Notes under the pieces: generated by a model
Database searches by the model: none
Seen by the model: the letters and a program-made list of their open reading frames with translations, nothing else
What the model was told of the DNA's origin: nothing
Made by a program: the position numbers and the translations under genes
IMG/VR virus record: IMGVR_UViG_3300032323_001295
Coordinates: 1 to 56,825 of that record
From: a virus
Lineage: Duplodnaviria; Caudoviricetes
Strand: one strand, 5' to 3'
Length of the DNA stretch: 56,825 nt
In this document: positions 45,498-55,868 of the stretch, piece by piece
Position numbering within the stretch: the first letter of the stretch is position 1
Layout of the letters: every line of letters starts with the position of its first letter

Positions 45498-45795
45498 AAA
45501 AGTACAGCAACAACTAGCTCGTAGGGGCAAAGGCGTAGGCATCAGAATCGGTATAAAAACCACAGGATGCTCTGGCATGGCTTATGTATTAGAATATGTA
45601 GATGTTGCTCCCGTAACCAGAGATCAATTCGTCTACGAAACCAATGGTGTAAAGGTATGGATAGATGGACGTAGTAGCCCGTATGTTAACGGCTTAACCA
45701 TGGACTGGCAGCGTAAAGGGCTCAACGAAGGATTTGAGTTTATCAATCCAAACGAAAAAGATCGTTGTGGCTGCGGAGAAAGTTTTAGGGTTTAA
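45469..45795 (+). CDS. iscA: Fe-S assembly A-type carrier IscA
   Basis: TTGCSGMAY; F.NPN..CGCGESF. Confidence 0.95.
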   Translation: MISLTPLAAEKVQQQLARRGKGVGIRIGIKTTGCSGMAYVLEYVDVAPVTRDQFVYETNGVKVWIDGRSSPYVNGLTMDWQRKGLNEGFEFINPNEKDRCGCGESFRV

Positions 45796-46079
45796 TATTT
45801 GCCCACGGGCAATGTAGTACTGGCTGGCATATCCCATATCTTTTTGCGTTCAACACCCTTTTTCTGACCAAATTTTTTGCCATCGCACTCACTACAACAA
45901 TGAAAATAATTGTTGCTCATTCGTCTGTAATTGGTCTTTTTTAAATCTCGTTTAAAGATACAATCACAGTTATCACATCTAAAGACCAATATGGTCTTTT
46001 TTCTTTTGTAGCTATGTACCTTACCTGTCTTGCTTCGACGCTCATACTCTAAGGTTTCTGTTATCTTTTCTAAAAACAT
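45792..46079 (-). CDS. small Zn-binding hypothetical protein
   Basis: CDNC...HCCSEC; TAAATA 4 nt upstream of ATG. Confidence 0.7.
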   Translation of the reverse strand: MFLEKITETLEYERRSKTGKVHSYKRKKTILVFRCDNCDCIFKRDLKKTNYRRMSNNYFHCCSECDGKKFGQKKGVERKKIWDMPASTTLPVGKY

Positions 46080-46148
46080 CTTGTATTTACATCCTGCTTA
46101 TAAAATTTTGGGCTAAATATCATATAAACCTAGTTTAGAGGAACCGCA

Positions 46149-49100
46149 ATGGCAAGAAAAATTATAGACATTGGTGCGATTGGCAACGATGGTACTGGCG
46201 ATAGTATTCGCGACTCTTTCCGAAAAGTTAACGACAATTTCAGAGAATTATACAGCTCACTAGGGCTTGGAGAGAAATTAACTTTTAGAAATCTAGAAGA
46301 TACTCCAAATTCATATGCAGGTCAGGAAAATGCTATTGTAGCGGTCAATCCTACAGAAACTGGACTGATGTTCAAACAGCTAGTCCCAGGTACAGGTATC
46401 CAATTTGACTTTACTTCAAATTCTAACGAAATTGGTATTTCGACGATTTTCTCGGAAATTTCCGGTGACGCTACACCGCAATTAGGTGGAGACCTTAGTG
46501 CTCGTTCGGGCGGTAGTCAGTGGAGGGTTTTAGATCTTACTACACCTATTTTCCAAGACGAAGCAGCAACCAAGGGCTACGCTGATACAAAAATCGGTCG
46601 TGGCGGTACTAATTCCATAGACCCGAGAACCAATGCTGTAAACCCAGACTTCGGTGTTATGACTGGCCCGTTGATCCTTTCTAGAGATCCGGAACCAGAC
46701 GATGACGAAACATACAACGGATTGATCGCTGCTACAAAACGATATGTTGACAGTTCAGCGTTCGGTAGTGCTGTTAACTTATATGTTGCCACATCGGGTA
46801 AAGATGAAAGACCTGGCGTAAGTGGTGCAGTACAGGGCCGTGCATTAGCCTATGCATATCGAACATTTGAAGCAGCATTAAAACGTGCTGAAGAATTAGT
46901 CAACGAATCAAGAGTTGAGATCGGACCTTATAAGAAAGTTTTAACCTACGGTAACGGAGCTGGTGAATGTTATCTTGCTAACATTGTAGAAGCACCCGGT
47001 GGCGGTGCTGGTTTCGCTGGTACTATTTTTATGAGTGTCAGCGGAGTACAAATTGACAGCGTCGGTAATAACTATAGACCTGGAGATATTTTAACCATTT
47101 CAGGCGGAACATTCACAGAAGCATGTAGAATTGAAATCCTAACTACTACTTCGCTACCAGGCGGTGTTTTAACTTTTAGAGTTATCTCAACTGGTGTGTA
47201 CAGTGTATTGCCAGGAAGTTCAGCTGTTGCTACAACTACAAATAGTGCATTCGGTAATGGCGCAAAATTTGATCTAACATATTCTGTTAACAATATCGTT
47301 ATTGACAGTCCTGGTTCAGGTTATGGATTGGTATCTGTGAGAATTACAGGTGGTGGCGGATCAGGAGCATTTGGATCAGCCGATGTGGTCAACGGATCTA
47401 TCGCAAGTATCACGATTACTGACAAAGGCACTGGATTCACAGCGTTGCCTAGTCTAGTAGTGAACCTTCCAAGATTTAAAATCTTTACCGACGGTGCTAG
47501 AACTGACTTCACTGGCGATGTTACAGATAACAGCGCACAGGCTATTAGAAGTAGAGATATCAGAGAAGGTCTGTATCTAAGAGGCGAAAGAAGTGGCGCA
47601 CTGGCGCAGATCCTTTCTCACTCTGGTCAACTAGATGGCGACGATGAGATTTTTGATGTTGACGTCCAATTCGGCGCATTTGAACTAACTGAACCTATCA
47701 GCTACGGTGATATTACCAAAAATATCCAGATCACGATTTTAGTCGAATCTGGAACCTACGAAGAAAACTTCCCTCTACGTGTTCCGCAGAACGTAGCTAT
47801 CGTCGGTGACGAGTTTAGACGCTGTATCGTTAAACCTAAGAAAGGAATAAGTTCTAGTCCCTGGGCTCTTTTATATTTTAGACGTGACGACGAGGTTGAC
47901 GGAAACGTCCGTGGACCTAATAATTTAAACTTATTAGCGCCGACTGATCGTCCGTTTGGATATCATTATCTACATGATCCTAGTCAACCATGTTATCCGT
48001 TGATTAATAATCCTGGTAATTACAGAGCAGCAGCAGACATATTAACTCTTAATAAGACATTTATTGCTGCCGAAGTTATTGGATTTATCAATGATAGAAA
48101 AATAAAAGGCATCGCACCATTTTCGCAGACTTTTGATTACGATCAAAATATCTGTCAGCGAGATGTAGGCCTATTGATAGATTCTATGGCCTTTGACCTA
48201 CGCTATGGCGGTCAGGATAGGACCATATCAGCTGCGCTAAAATACTACGGTAATGCCAGCGGATTGATCGCGATCACTACACAATTATCACAGACTCTAG
48301 CAGCCATTGATAGAATCAATGTTCTAGCACAAGATATTTTAGCAAATGAACCAATTGATGAAAGTCTACAAGGAACTTACTCGCAGATCATCGATCGTGC
48401 GTTTGTAACAGAAGTAGGTGCTGCTACAGTTTTCGAAGAATTAGTAGACGCAGTCAAAGATGTTATCGACGGCTCTGGTGCTGTAAACTATCCTGAAGAA
48501 AACGATAAGATGGACGCATTCTTGATGAATGATGCTGTTATCGTTAGAGCTGTTACTATACAAGGACACGGAGGATTCTCCATGGTACTTGATCCAACCG
48601 GTCAAGTTCTTGCTAAATCTCCGTATATCCAAGAAGCTGCATCTTTCAGTAGAAGTATCGGTAAGAAGAAATTTACCGGAGGTATGTTTGTTGACGGATT
48701 TGCAGGTAACCTAGAATTTAGAATTTATCAGAAACTTTCAAATACTAGATTGCTAGTAAACAGTCTAAAGAGAGAACCTAAACTTCCTGCATCATTCATT
48801 GTTGATGATCAAGTTTATAGAATCAACTATGTTAGAGATTACATATTCGATCCTGCAGGTTCGACAGCACAGTTCGTTCTAGACGAAACTACACCGTGGC
48901 CGTTTGACGTATTCACTTATAATTCATCAATATGTCGCAGAGACGTTGGATTAATCATTGACGGTCTAGGTTATGATATATTATTCGATACCAACTATCA
49001 TGCTAGAAAAGCTGGACTCTTATACAGAGAAGCCAATGCTGAAGTTGTTATCACTACTCAAAAAATCTTAACAGTTCAATCAATTGCCTATGCTCATGAA

Positions 49101-52100
49101 CTTGCAGGTGGATTAGTTTCATCGTCATCTGCTGCTCTTACAGTAGTCAATAGAAGTAGTAATGCCATTGTTAAAACTATCAATAATGGTATTTCATTTG
49201 CACCATCGGTAGCATTTACCAATCCTCCAGGTGTTGACGCAGATATAGCATCGGCCAAATTACAGATTTTAAATAACCTCTTATACATCAAAGAAGATTG
49301 TATGGGATGGATACTTGCTCAGATCGCAGATGGTAGTGTAACTTTATATCCGCCGAGTTATGTTTACAATTCAAATGCCTACAATAGAAAATTTGAAGCT
49401 ATCTTATTAGCTATTGTTCATGACGAATTGTATGGTGGTAACAAAGAAACTAGAGACATTGGCCTACAGTTTTACAACGGTGTTGGCGATTTAGTACAAT
49501 TCCAATTTAACGACTCTGAAAAAGACGAATTAGCAGCGGCTGTTGGCAGATTAAAAAGTGTAACTCTTTCAGTCTTACAAAATCTCGCTCCTGCAATATC
49601 GTATACCACTATCAGTAGAATTTCAGGTACAGTGGTAGGACTTACAACAAGAACTTCAATCTCTAGCAGATTTGATACGATCATATCTATCATTAACGAT
49701 GTTTCAACAGCTCCGGCGGAGGTATTGCCTAGCCCATCGACTTATGTTTACGATCCTGCAAGAGTAACAGCTAGAACAACATTATTGTCTGGCAAAACTT
49801 CGATACAAGACGATACTATAGATTTTATCACAGAAAATGCCAACAAGTTTGAAGTATTGATGCCCGGCAATAGATCTATGTTAAGCAACGACTTTACACA
49901 GGTCGCTGACATGGGTTATGGATTAGTTACCACCAACGGCGGTTTGACAGAAGCTGTGTCAATGTTTACCTACTACTGTCAGATTTCATACTACTCTATC
50001 AACGGTGGACAGATCCGTTCTATCGGCGGATCCAGTGCTCATGGTGTTTTTGGTTTAGTCGCAGAAGGTGCCGATCCGTTAGAAGTTCCTGTACCAGTTA
50101 CCTTATATCACGATTTCAGCCAAGGAGCCAGCGTATATTCTCCAACTATCGCATTTCCTGCATCTCAAGGAAATCTTTATATCTTCGTAGAATACGACGA
50201 TTATGTTCCTTTGAATAAGGGCGAATTAGAAGTCGACCATAGAGAATTTGCAACATTTACAGGAACCATAACAGGCACTTCGTTAGATGTTACCACAATG
50301 TCAACCGGCTTATTGCAAGTGGGCGATACAGTCTATGGTTCTGGAATTGAACCAGTTAAGATTACTGGCTTTGGTACAGGTTCTGGCGGAGCTGGTACCT
50401 ATACTTTAGCAGCATCTAGAACATTCCCGTCGGGGTCACTATGGGGTAGTGGACTAACTGGTTCTATCGTAAAATACCCAATAACATCAGTGACCACTGT
50501 TGATCTACCAGACGGGGTAGCAAAAATCAATCTCGGAACAGCATCTGCAGCATCCGGAGCGGCTGGAGTTGTAGAAGGTTTGTTTGCTTCATTACCGGAC
50601 AACTATAAAGTTACTATAAGAGCGTTAAGCCAGATAGTTCTAACAGGTGACGTTGTTACAGTAACCACAAGACCAAGTACTGGTCTTGTTTTAGACGAAG
50701 CTCCTCAGGTTTATCGTATTCTAGAATTTGAAAACTACGATGATATCAGGACCTGTACTATCAGCGTTGCCACAGAAACTGTGATCACTACCACTTTGAT
50801 ACACGAACAACAGCCTGGAAATCCTATTCGTTTCCGTGTGTCTGAGGGCGGCACGTTGCCGACAGGAATCATCGCTAACACAGTCTACTATATTTTAACA
50901 TCTGGATTTACTCCAAATTCGTTTAAGATATCTGCTGAGCGAGATGGAACACCAATTAATGTAACTGGCGCTGGCAGTGGAACTTTTAGTTTTAATACCT
51001 ACGGGTTGGCTAGAACTACCTTAAGAGAAAACTACGATTATGTAGATTTTACCACACTAGGTTATCAACCGTTTAGAGGAAGTCAAACAACATTTACCGT
51101 TGGTTTTCCTGCAAACCCAACATTTGTTACTTCAGTTGGTCATGGTCTAACCATAGGAACTGTTATTAGACTCATCACAACAGGCAATCTGCCTGGCGGT
51201 GTATCAGTGTTAAAACACTATTTCGTTCACAATATTCTTGACGCTGACCGATTTGAAATCAGTGCTACTATAGGTATCGGTAGTAATCCGGTAACGTTCA
51301 CTGGTGTGGGCACAGGAGTACATAGTTATGGTAGAGTGCTTGGCGAAGTAGGGGACACATCTTTTGCTGTCCAATCTCTATCTACACTAGATCGTAACAG
51401 AGTTCTTGACAGCATATTTACATGGAAGGGAACTGTACACCAGATCCTAAACTACACTCCTCCTACGAGTTTAACACCATACGGACTTATTGAAATAGAT
51501 CCTCCACTGGCTGATAACGTTACCAAATATACTGCTCAGATTTCCCATAAAGGATCAGTTAGAAAGAATGCAGGCGGTAACTTAACTATCCGTATCGCAT
51601 TAACTCGTGTTACATCTCATGATTTATTAGAAATTGGCACTGGATCTTATGCTGATACAAACTATCCAAATGAAATCTATGGACCTTCTGTAAATCCTGC
51701 CACTGACGCTAACGAAACACAGGAAAGGGGAGTAGGTCGTACATTCTATGTTACCACTGACCAATTCGGTAACTTCCGAGTAGGTCCATACTTCCGTGTT
51801 GACCAAGGTACTGGTAATGTTACATTCTCGGCAGCGATTACGCTGAGTAACTTGGACGGTTTTGGTTTCAAGAGAGGTGTTCCAGTTTCGGAATTCTCTA
51901 CTGACGATTCTATGTCAGACAATGCCACTGATACTGTACCAACTGAACAGGCAGTAAGAACTTACATAGAAAGACGTCTAGGCTTAACACATGCAGGTAA
52001 CATCGTTAGCCCTGGCGCTCTAATTCCTGAAGATGTTGGTGGATTTATGGCTCTTAACGGATTGCTCAGTATGAGAGGCGATTTGTTGATGGGTAACGGT

Positions 52101-53516
52101 ATCCAAAATTATAAGATACAGAATCTAGACAATCCTATAAATCCTACAGATGCTGTTAACCTAAGAAGCTTAACATTTAATAACTTCCAAGAAGTTAGTT
52201 TAAACAATATCAATGCAGGTGATGTATTAACATTTACTGGTGCTGGTAGACAGGCTATCAATGCTGCTATTGTAGGAGACATTGATTATAGTTTCGATTC
52301 TACAGCTAACACCATCACAGCTAATATAAATCCAGGTGTGATCAACAACGTTGAAATTGGCGTTGCGGCTAATATAGCACAGAGCAAATTAAATCTAAAC
52401 TCTGCAACTACCAGAGTCAGTGCTGCTGGAATCACACAAGCTGATCGAGGATTGTCTAGTTTTGACGATGCACAGTTTACCGTAACCAACGGTTGGGTAA
52501 CTATTAAAAATAACGGTATCACTCTTAACAAAGTTCAACAAATTGCATCAAGAACAGTAGTAGGTAATTCAAACATCGCCACAGCTGATGTATCTGCTGT
52601 TAGTTTTGCCACAGTTGTAGATCTAGGCGGTGCGATCAAGAAGAGCCAATATTCATCAACTGGTATATTGAGAAGAAGAGGCTTTGTACCAACTGGAGAT
52701 TCGGACTATGAAGTTTTAGAATCTACAGCACAGAGTGATCCTAGCACACTAGTGTTTAGAGATACACAGAGTAACTTCAGTGCTAACATCATTACTATTA
52801 ACAGTATTAAATCTGGTGCCAACATCGTATTAGATGTTGAAACATCAGCTACTGGTGGTTTCGTCCAGGTACACGGATTTAATGGAACTACTGGTTTGCT
52901 AATCGGTGACGGTACAACACCAGCTGATAGAACCACATACTATGACAACGACAGACATATTTTTAGAAGTCAGAATCGTCTGTCTCTAGCACCGATAACA
53001 GCTTCTCAGATCACTGTTCAAAGTATTACAACTGGCGGTGATACTACCATTGGTACCATCACAGGACAATGGGTATTAGCCAGCTCCCCTGGTGTTACTA
53101 ACAACCGAGGTAATTCAAGAATGCAGGCCACATACTCCGCTGACCTTGCAGAATTCTACGAAGGTGACAAAGAATATGATACTGGCACAGTATTGATATT
53201 TGGTGGAGACAAAGAAGTAACTATTTCAACACAGGCATTTGATCACAGAGTCGCTGGTGTTGTTTCCGACGATGCTGCTTTCTCCATGTATGGCGCATGT
53301 CCAGGATTTAAAAATCAAATAGCACTGCAAGGTCGTGTGCCTTGTAAAGTTGTAGGAAAGGTACAGAAGGGTGATTTGATAGTGACATCAAATGTTCCAG
53401 GGGTAGCGATGTCTGCAAAGAACAATGCTCCGTCAGGAACGATCATTGGTAAATCACTCGAAGACTACGATTCAGATCATATTGGAACTATCGAAGTAGC
53501 GGTAGGGAGAACATAA
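46149..53516 (+). CDS. very large virion structural protein (baseplate/tail-fibre associated, 2455 aa)
   Basis: N-terminal IDIG..GNDGTGDSIRDSF.KVN.NF.ELY (T4 gp9/gp10-like); G-rich beta repeats; C-terminal ADLAE..GRVPCKV..GDLIVTS domain; TAAATA at 46114. Confidence 0.85.
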   Translation: MARKIIDIGAIGNDGTGDSIRDSFRKVNDNFRELYSSLGLGEKLTFRNLEDTPNSYAGQENAIVAVNPTETGLMFKQLVPGTGIQFDFTSNSNEIGISTIFSEISGDATPQLGGDLSARSGGSQWRVLDLTTPIFQDEAATKGYADTKIGRGGTNSIDPRTNAVNPDFGVMTGPLILSRDPEPDDDETYNGLIAATKRYVDSSAFGSAVNLYVATSGKDERPGVSGAVQGRALAYAYRTFEAALKRAEELVNESRVEIGPYKKVLTYGNGAGECYLANIVEAPGGGAGFAGTIFMSVSGVQIDSVGNNYRPGDILTISGGTFTEACRIEILTTTSLPGGVLTFRVISTGVYSVLPGSSAVATTTNSAFGNGAKFDLTYSVNNIVIDSPGSGYGLVSVRITGGGGSGAFGSADVVNGSIASITITDKGTGFTALPSLVVNLPRFKIFTDGARTDFTGDVTDNSAQAIRSRDIREGLYLRGERSGALAQILSHSGQLDGDDEIFDVDVQFGAFELTEPISYGDITKNIQITILVESGTYEENFPLRVPQNVAIVGDEFRRCIVKPKKGISSSPWALLYFRRDDEVDGNVRGPNNLNLLAPTDRPFGYHYLHDPSQPCYPLINNPGNYRAAADILTLNKTFIAAEVIGFINDRKIKGIAPFSQTFDYDQNICQRDVGLLIDSMAFDLRYGGQDRTISAALKYYGNASGLIAITTQLSQTLAAIDRINVLAQDILANEPIDESLQGTYSQIIDRAFVTEVGAATVFEELVDAVKDVIDGSGAVNYPEENDKMDAFLMNDAVIVRAVTIQGHGGFSMVLDPTGQVLAKSPYIQEAASFSRSIGKKKFTGGMFVDGFAGNLEFRIYQKLSNTRLLVNSLKREPKLPASFIVDDQVYRINYVRDYIFDPAGSTAQFVLDETTPWPFDVFTYNSSICRRDVGLIIDGLGYDILFDTNYHARKAGLLYREANAEVVITTQKILTVQSIAYAHELAGGLVSSSSAALTVVNRSSNAIVKTINNGISFAPSVAFTNPPGVDADIASAKLQILNNLLYIKEDCMGWILAQIADGSVTLYPPSYVYNSNAYNRKFEAILLAIVHDELYGGNKETRDIGLQFYNGVGDLVQFQFNDSEKDELAAAVGRLKSVTLSVLQNLAPAISYTTISRISGTVVGLTTRTSISSRFDTIISIINDVSTAPAEVLPSPSTYVYDPARVTARTTLLSGKTSIQDDTIDFITENANKFEVLMPGNRSMLSNDFTQVADMGYGLVTTNGGLTEAVSMFTYYCQISYYSINGGQIRSIGGSSAHGVFGLVAEGADPLEVPVPVTLYHDFSQGASVYSPTIAFPASQGNLYIFVEYDDYVPLNKGELEVDHREFATFTGTITGTSLDVTTMSTGLLQVGDTVYGSGIEPVKITGFGTGSGGAGTYTLAASRTFPSGSLWGSGLTGSIVKYPITSVTTVDLPDGVAKINLGTASAASGAAGVVEGLFASLPDNYKVTIRALSQIVLTGDVVTVTTRPSTGLVLDEAPQVYRILEFENYDDIRTCTISVATETVITTTLIHEQQPGNPIRFRVSEGGTLPTGIIANTVYYILTSGFTPNSFKISAERDGTPINVTGAGSGTFSFNTYGLARTTLRENYDYVDFTTLGYQPFRGSQTTFTVGFPANPTFVTSVGHGLTIGTVIRLITTGNLPGGVSVLKHYFVHNILDADRFEISATIGIGSNPVTFTGVGTGVHSYGRVLGEVGDTSFAVQSLSTLDRNRVLDSIFTWKGTVHQILNYTPPTSLTPYGLIEIDPPLADNVTKYTAQISHKGSVRKNAGGNLTIRIALTRVTSHDLLEIGTGSYADTNYPNEIYGPSVNPATDANETQERGVGRTFYVTTDQFGNFRVGPYFRVDQGTGNVTFSAAITLSNLDGFGFKRGVPVSEFSTDDSMSDNATDTVPTEQAVRTYIERRLGLTHAGNIVSPGALIPEDVGGFMALNGLLSMRGDLLMGNGIQNYKIQNLDNPINPTDAVNLRSLTFNNFQEVSLNNINAGDVLTFTGAGRQAINAAIVGDIDYSFDSTANTITANINPGVINNVEIGVAANIAQSKLNLNSATTRVSAAGITQADRGLSSFDDAQFTVTNGWVTIKNNGITLNKVQQIASRTVVGNSNIATADVSAVSFATVVDLGGAIKKSQYSSTGILRRRGFVPTGDSDYEVLESTAQSDPSTLVFRDTQSNFSANIITINSIKSGANIVLDVETSATGGFVQVHGFNGTTGLLIGDGTTPADRTTYYDNDRHIFRSQNRLSLAPITASQITVQSITTGGDTTIGTITGQWVLASSPGVTNNRGNSRMQATYSADLAEFYEGDKEYDTGTVLIFGGDKEVTISTQAFDHRVAGVVSDDAAFSMYGACPGFKNQIALQGRVPCKVVGKVQKGDLIVTSNVPGVAMSAKNNAPSGTIIGKSLEDYDSDHIGTIEVAVGRT

Positions 53517-55855
53517 TGGCAAGAAAAATAATACAATCAGGAAGACCTCCCGTTTTATGGAGCAGCGTTGACGATGCTTTCAGAGATGTTAATGCAAACT
53601 TCCTAGAACTTTATGCAACGATATTAGGTTCCAGCGGAGAAGTCGTTGACTTTACTTCTATGGTCTCTGATGTAACACCTAGGACCACAGATACATATGA
53701 TCTTGGATCTCCATCAAGAAGATGGAGAGATCTTTATCTCAGTGGAAATTCATTATACCTAGGTGACGCCTTAGTAACTGCATCAGGGTCGTCTGTGAAT
53801 CTTCCTGCAGGTTCAACTGTAGGCGGAGCATTGATCAAAGATCCTGTTGAAGGAAGTTTTAAAAATATCTCTGTAACTGGTCAAACCAGTATCAGTGCTG
53901 ACAACGGAAGCGATACTCTAAACCTACAGGGAACCAGTATTGACTTTGCACTGAATCCTGCCACTGATACAATAACATTTATTAATACAGGTGTTGTAGG
54001 AATCAATGCAGGAAATGGTATTATTGTTAACCAAGGCACCGGAAATGTAAACATAACCAACGACGGTGTTAGAAACGTACAGGTTGGTGCTGGTCTTAGT
54101 GTTAGTTCACCGAAAGGAGAAATAACTCTTACTAACACAGGTACTACACGAGTAGTAGCAGGTGACGGTATTGCTGTTGATCCTGCAGGCGGTACTGGTG
54201 TGATTACCATTACCAATACTGCACGTTTTATTCCTCAAGAAATTTTTAAATCTATCGTAGTTCCGGGCCAGTTACCGCTGGTACCAGATAGTGCTATTGA
54301 TATTTTAACTCTGTTAGCTGGCAGTGGTATTTCTATCGTAACCAGCGAGGTTTCAGACTCTATACAATTTAACAACACAGGTGTTACTAATCTTTCTGGT
54401 TCCACTGGTATATCAGTAAGTTCAGCGACTGGAACAGTGACATTAACTAATACCGGTGTTACCTCTTTAACAGCTGGCAGCGGCATTTCTGTATCATCAG
54501 GTACTGGCGGTATAACAGTTTCAAACACTCGTCCAGGATTTACCAACATTGCTGTAGCAGGACAAAGTCCGCTGATTGCTGACAACGAAACTGATACTGC
54601 AACATTAGTAGCAGGAACAAATATAACATTAACCACTGATGCTAGTACAGACTCTATTACTATTTCGTTGAACAGACGAGTAGATATCATAGGTTCTGTA
54701 TTTGGTGACGATTCATCGATGTTAGTCGATGGCACTGGCGGTAGCATAGTAGGACCTGTGTCAACATCCAGTTTGAGAACCAGTGAAGAAAAGATAGCAC
54801 TAGGTAATAGTGCCGGAGCAACAAATCAAGGCGATGTGGCCGTAGCAATAGGAAAATATAGTGGTGAAATAAGTCAAGGACAACGTGCAGTAGCCGTTGG
54901 TTTTAATGCTGGAAATACTAATCAAGGACTGTATGGTGTTGCTATTGGCGAAGCTGGATTTAGCAATCAGGGTGCTAGAGCAATAGCTATTGGTTCGTTA
55001 GCAGGAGCAACAAATCAAGGTGCTAACGCTATTGCAATCGGATATAATGCCGGCAATATTAACCAAGCTGCAAATAGTATCGTATTAAATGCCAGCGGTG
55101 TTGTACTCAACGGTGCAGCAGCTGGTTTACATGTTGATCCCATAAGATCAGCTACTACAACAGGTAACATTTTACAATACAATACAACAACCAAAGAAAT
55201 AACTTACAGCAACACTATTAACGCAAACACCGTAGGTTATCATACCGGCGATGTCAAAGGCAGTGTTGTAGGTGATGATTCAACTATATTAATTGACGGT
55301 ACTAATTCTAGAGTCGTAGGAAGAATCCTATCTCCACAGATCACAGCTATCCAAACATTTACTCCGACGCCAACAACTAAGACATTTAATCTAGACGATA
55401 CTCCAGATCAAATGTTCCGATTGGTATCAAATATGTCTACCTATGATAGCACAATTACACCTAGGATAGAATTGTCTAGCTATAGAGCAGCACCAGCCAG
55501 CGGTGATGCAGGCCCGGGAATTTTATTTAGAGCCAGCACACAGAGCGTGATCAATGATGTTGTAGGCAGCATTGATACTTCGGTAACTGACTATGCTTCG
55601 GGATCAGTTGATTCGGTGATAAGATTCAATGTAAAACAAAATAATACTACTACTAATTCTGTTAACGTCACTGGTAGCGGTCTACAGGTAAACGGTTCAG
55701 TTATCGCCAGCACATTCTTCCAGTTACCAGTATTCACTAATGATTCAGCTAGAAATACTGCTATACCGTTTCCAGCTGCTGGACAGATTGTATTCAACCA
55801 AACCGGTGCTGTGTTCCAAGGATATAATGGAACAGCATGGGTTAACTTAAATTAA
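53516..55855 (+). CDS. virion fibre-like structural protein
   Basis: AF..VNANF.ELY N-terminus; repeated TNTGV..L.AG.GI.V units; YadA-like AIAIG..AG repeats; DDS modules. Confidence 0.8.
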   Translation: MARKIIQSGRPPVLWSSVDDAFRDVNANFLELYATILGSSGEVVDFTSMVSDVTPRTTDTYDLGSPSRRWRDLYLSGNSLYLGDALVTASGSSVNLPAGSTVGGALIKDPVEGSFKNISVTGQTSISADNGSDTLNLQGTSIDFALNPATDTITFINTGVVGINAGNGIIVNQGTGNVNITNDGVRNVQVGAGLSVSSPKGEITLTNTGTTRVVAGDGIAVDPAGGTGVITITNTARFIPQEIFKSIVVPGQLPLVPDSAIDILTLLAGSGISIVTSEVSDSIQFNNTGVTNLSGSTGISVSSATGTVTLTNTGVTSLTAGSGISVSSGTGGITVSNTRPGFTNIAVAGQSPLIADNETDTATLVAGTNITLTTDASTDSITISLNRRVDIIGSVFGDDSSMLVDGTGGSIVGPVSTSSLRTSEEKIALGNSAGATNQGDVAVAIGKYSGEISQGQRAVAVGFNAGNTNQGLYGVAIGEAGFSNQGARAIAIGSLAGATNQGANAIAIGYNAGNINQAANSIVLNASGVVLNGAAAGLHVDPIRSATTTGNILQYNTTTKEITYSNTINANTVGYHTGDVKGSVVGDDSTILIDGTNSRVVGRILSPQITAIQTFTPTPTTKTFNLDDTPDQMFRLVSNMSTYDSTITPRIELSSYRAAPASGDAGPGILFRASTQSVINDVVGSIDTSVTDYASGSVDSVIRFNVKQNNTTTNSVNVTGSGLQVNGSVIASTFFQLPVFTNDSARNTAIPFPAAGQIVFNQTGAVFQGYNGTAWVNLN

Positions 55856-55868
55856 TTGGAGCGAGTAA

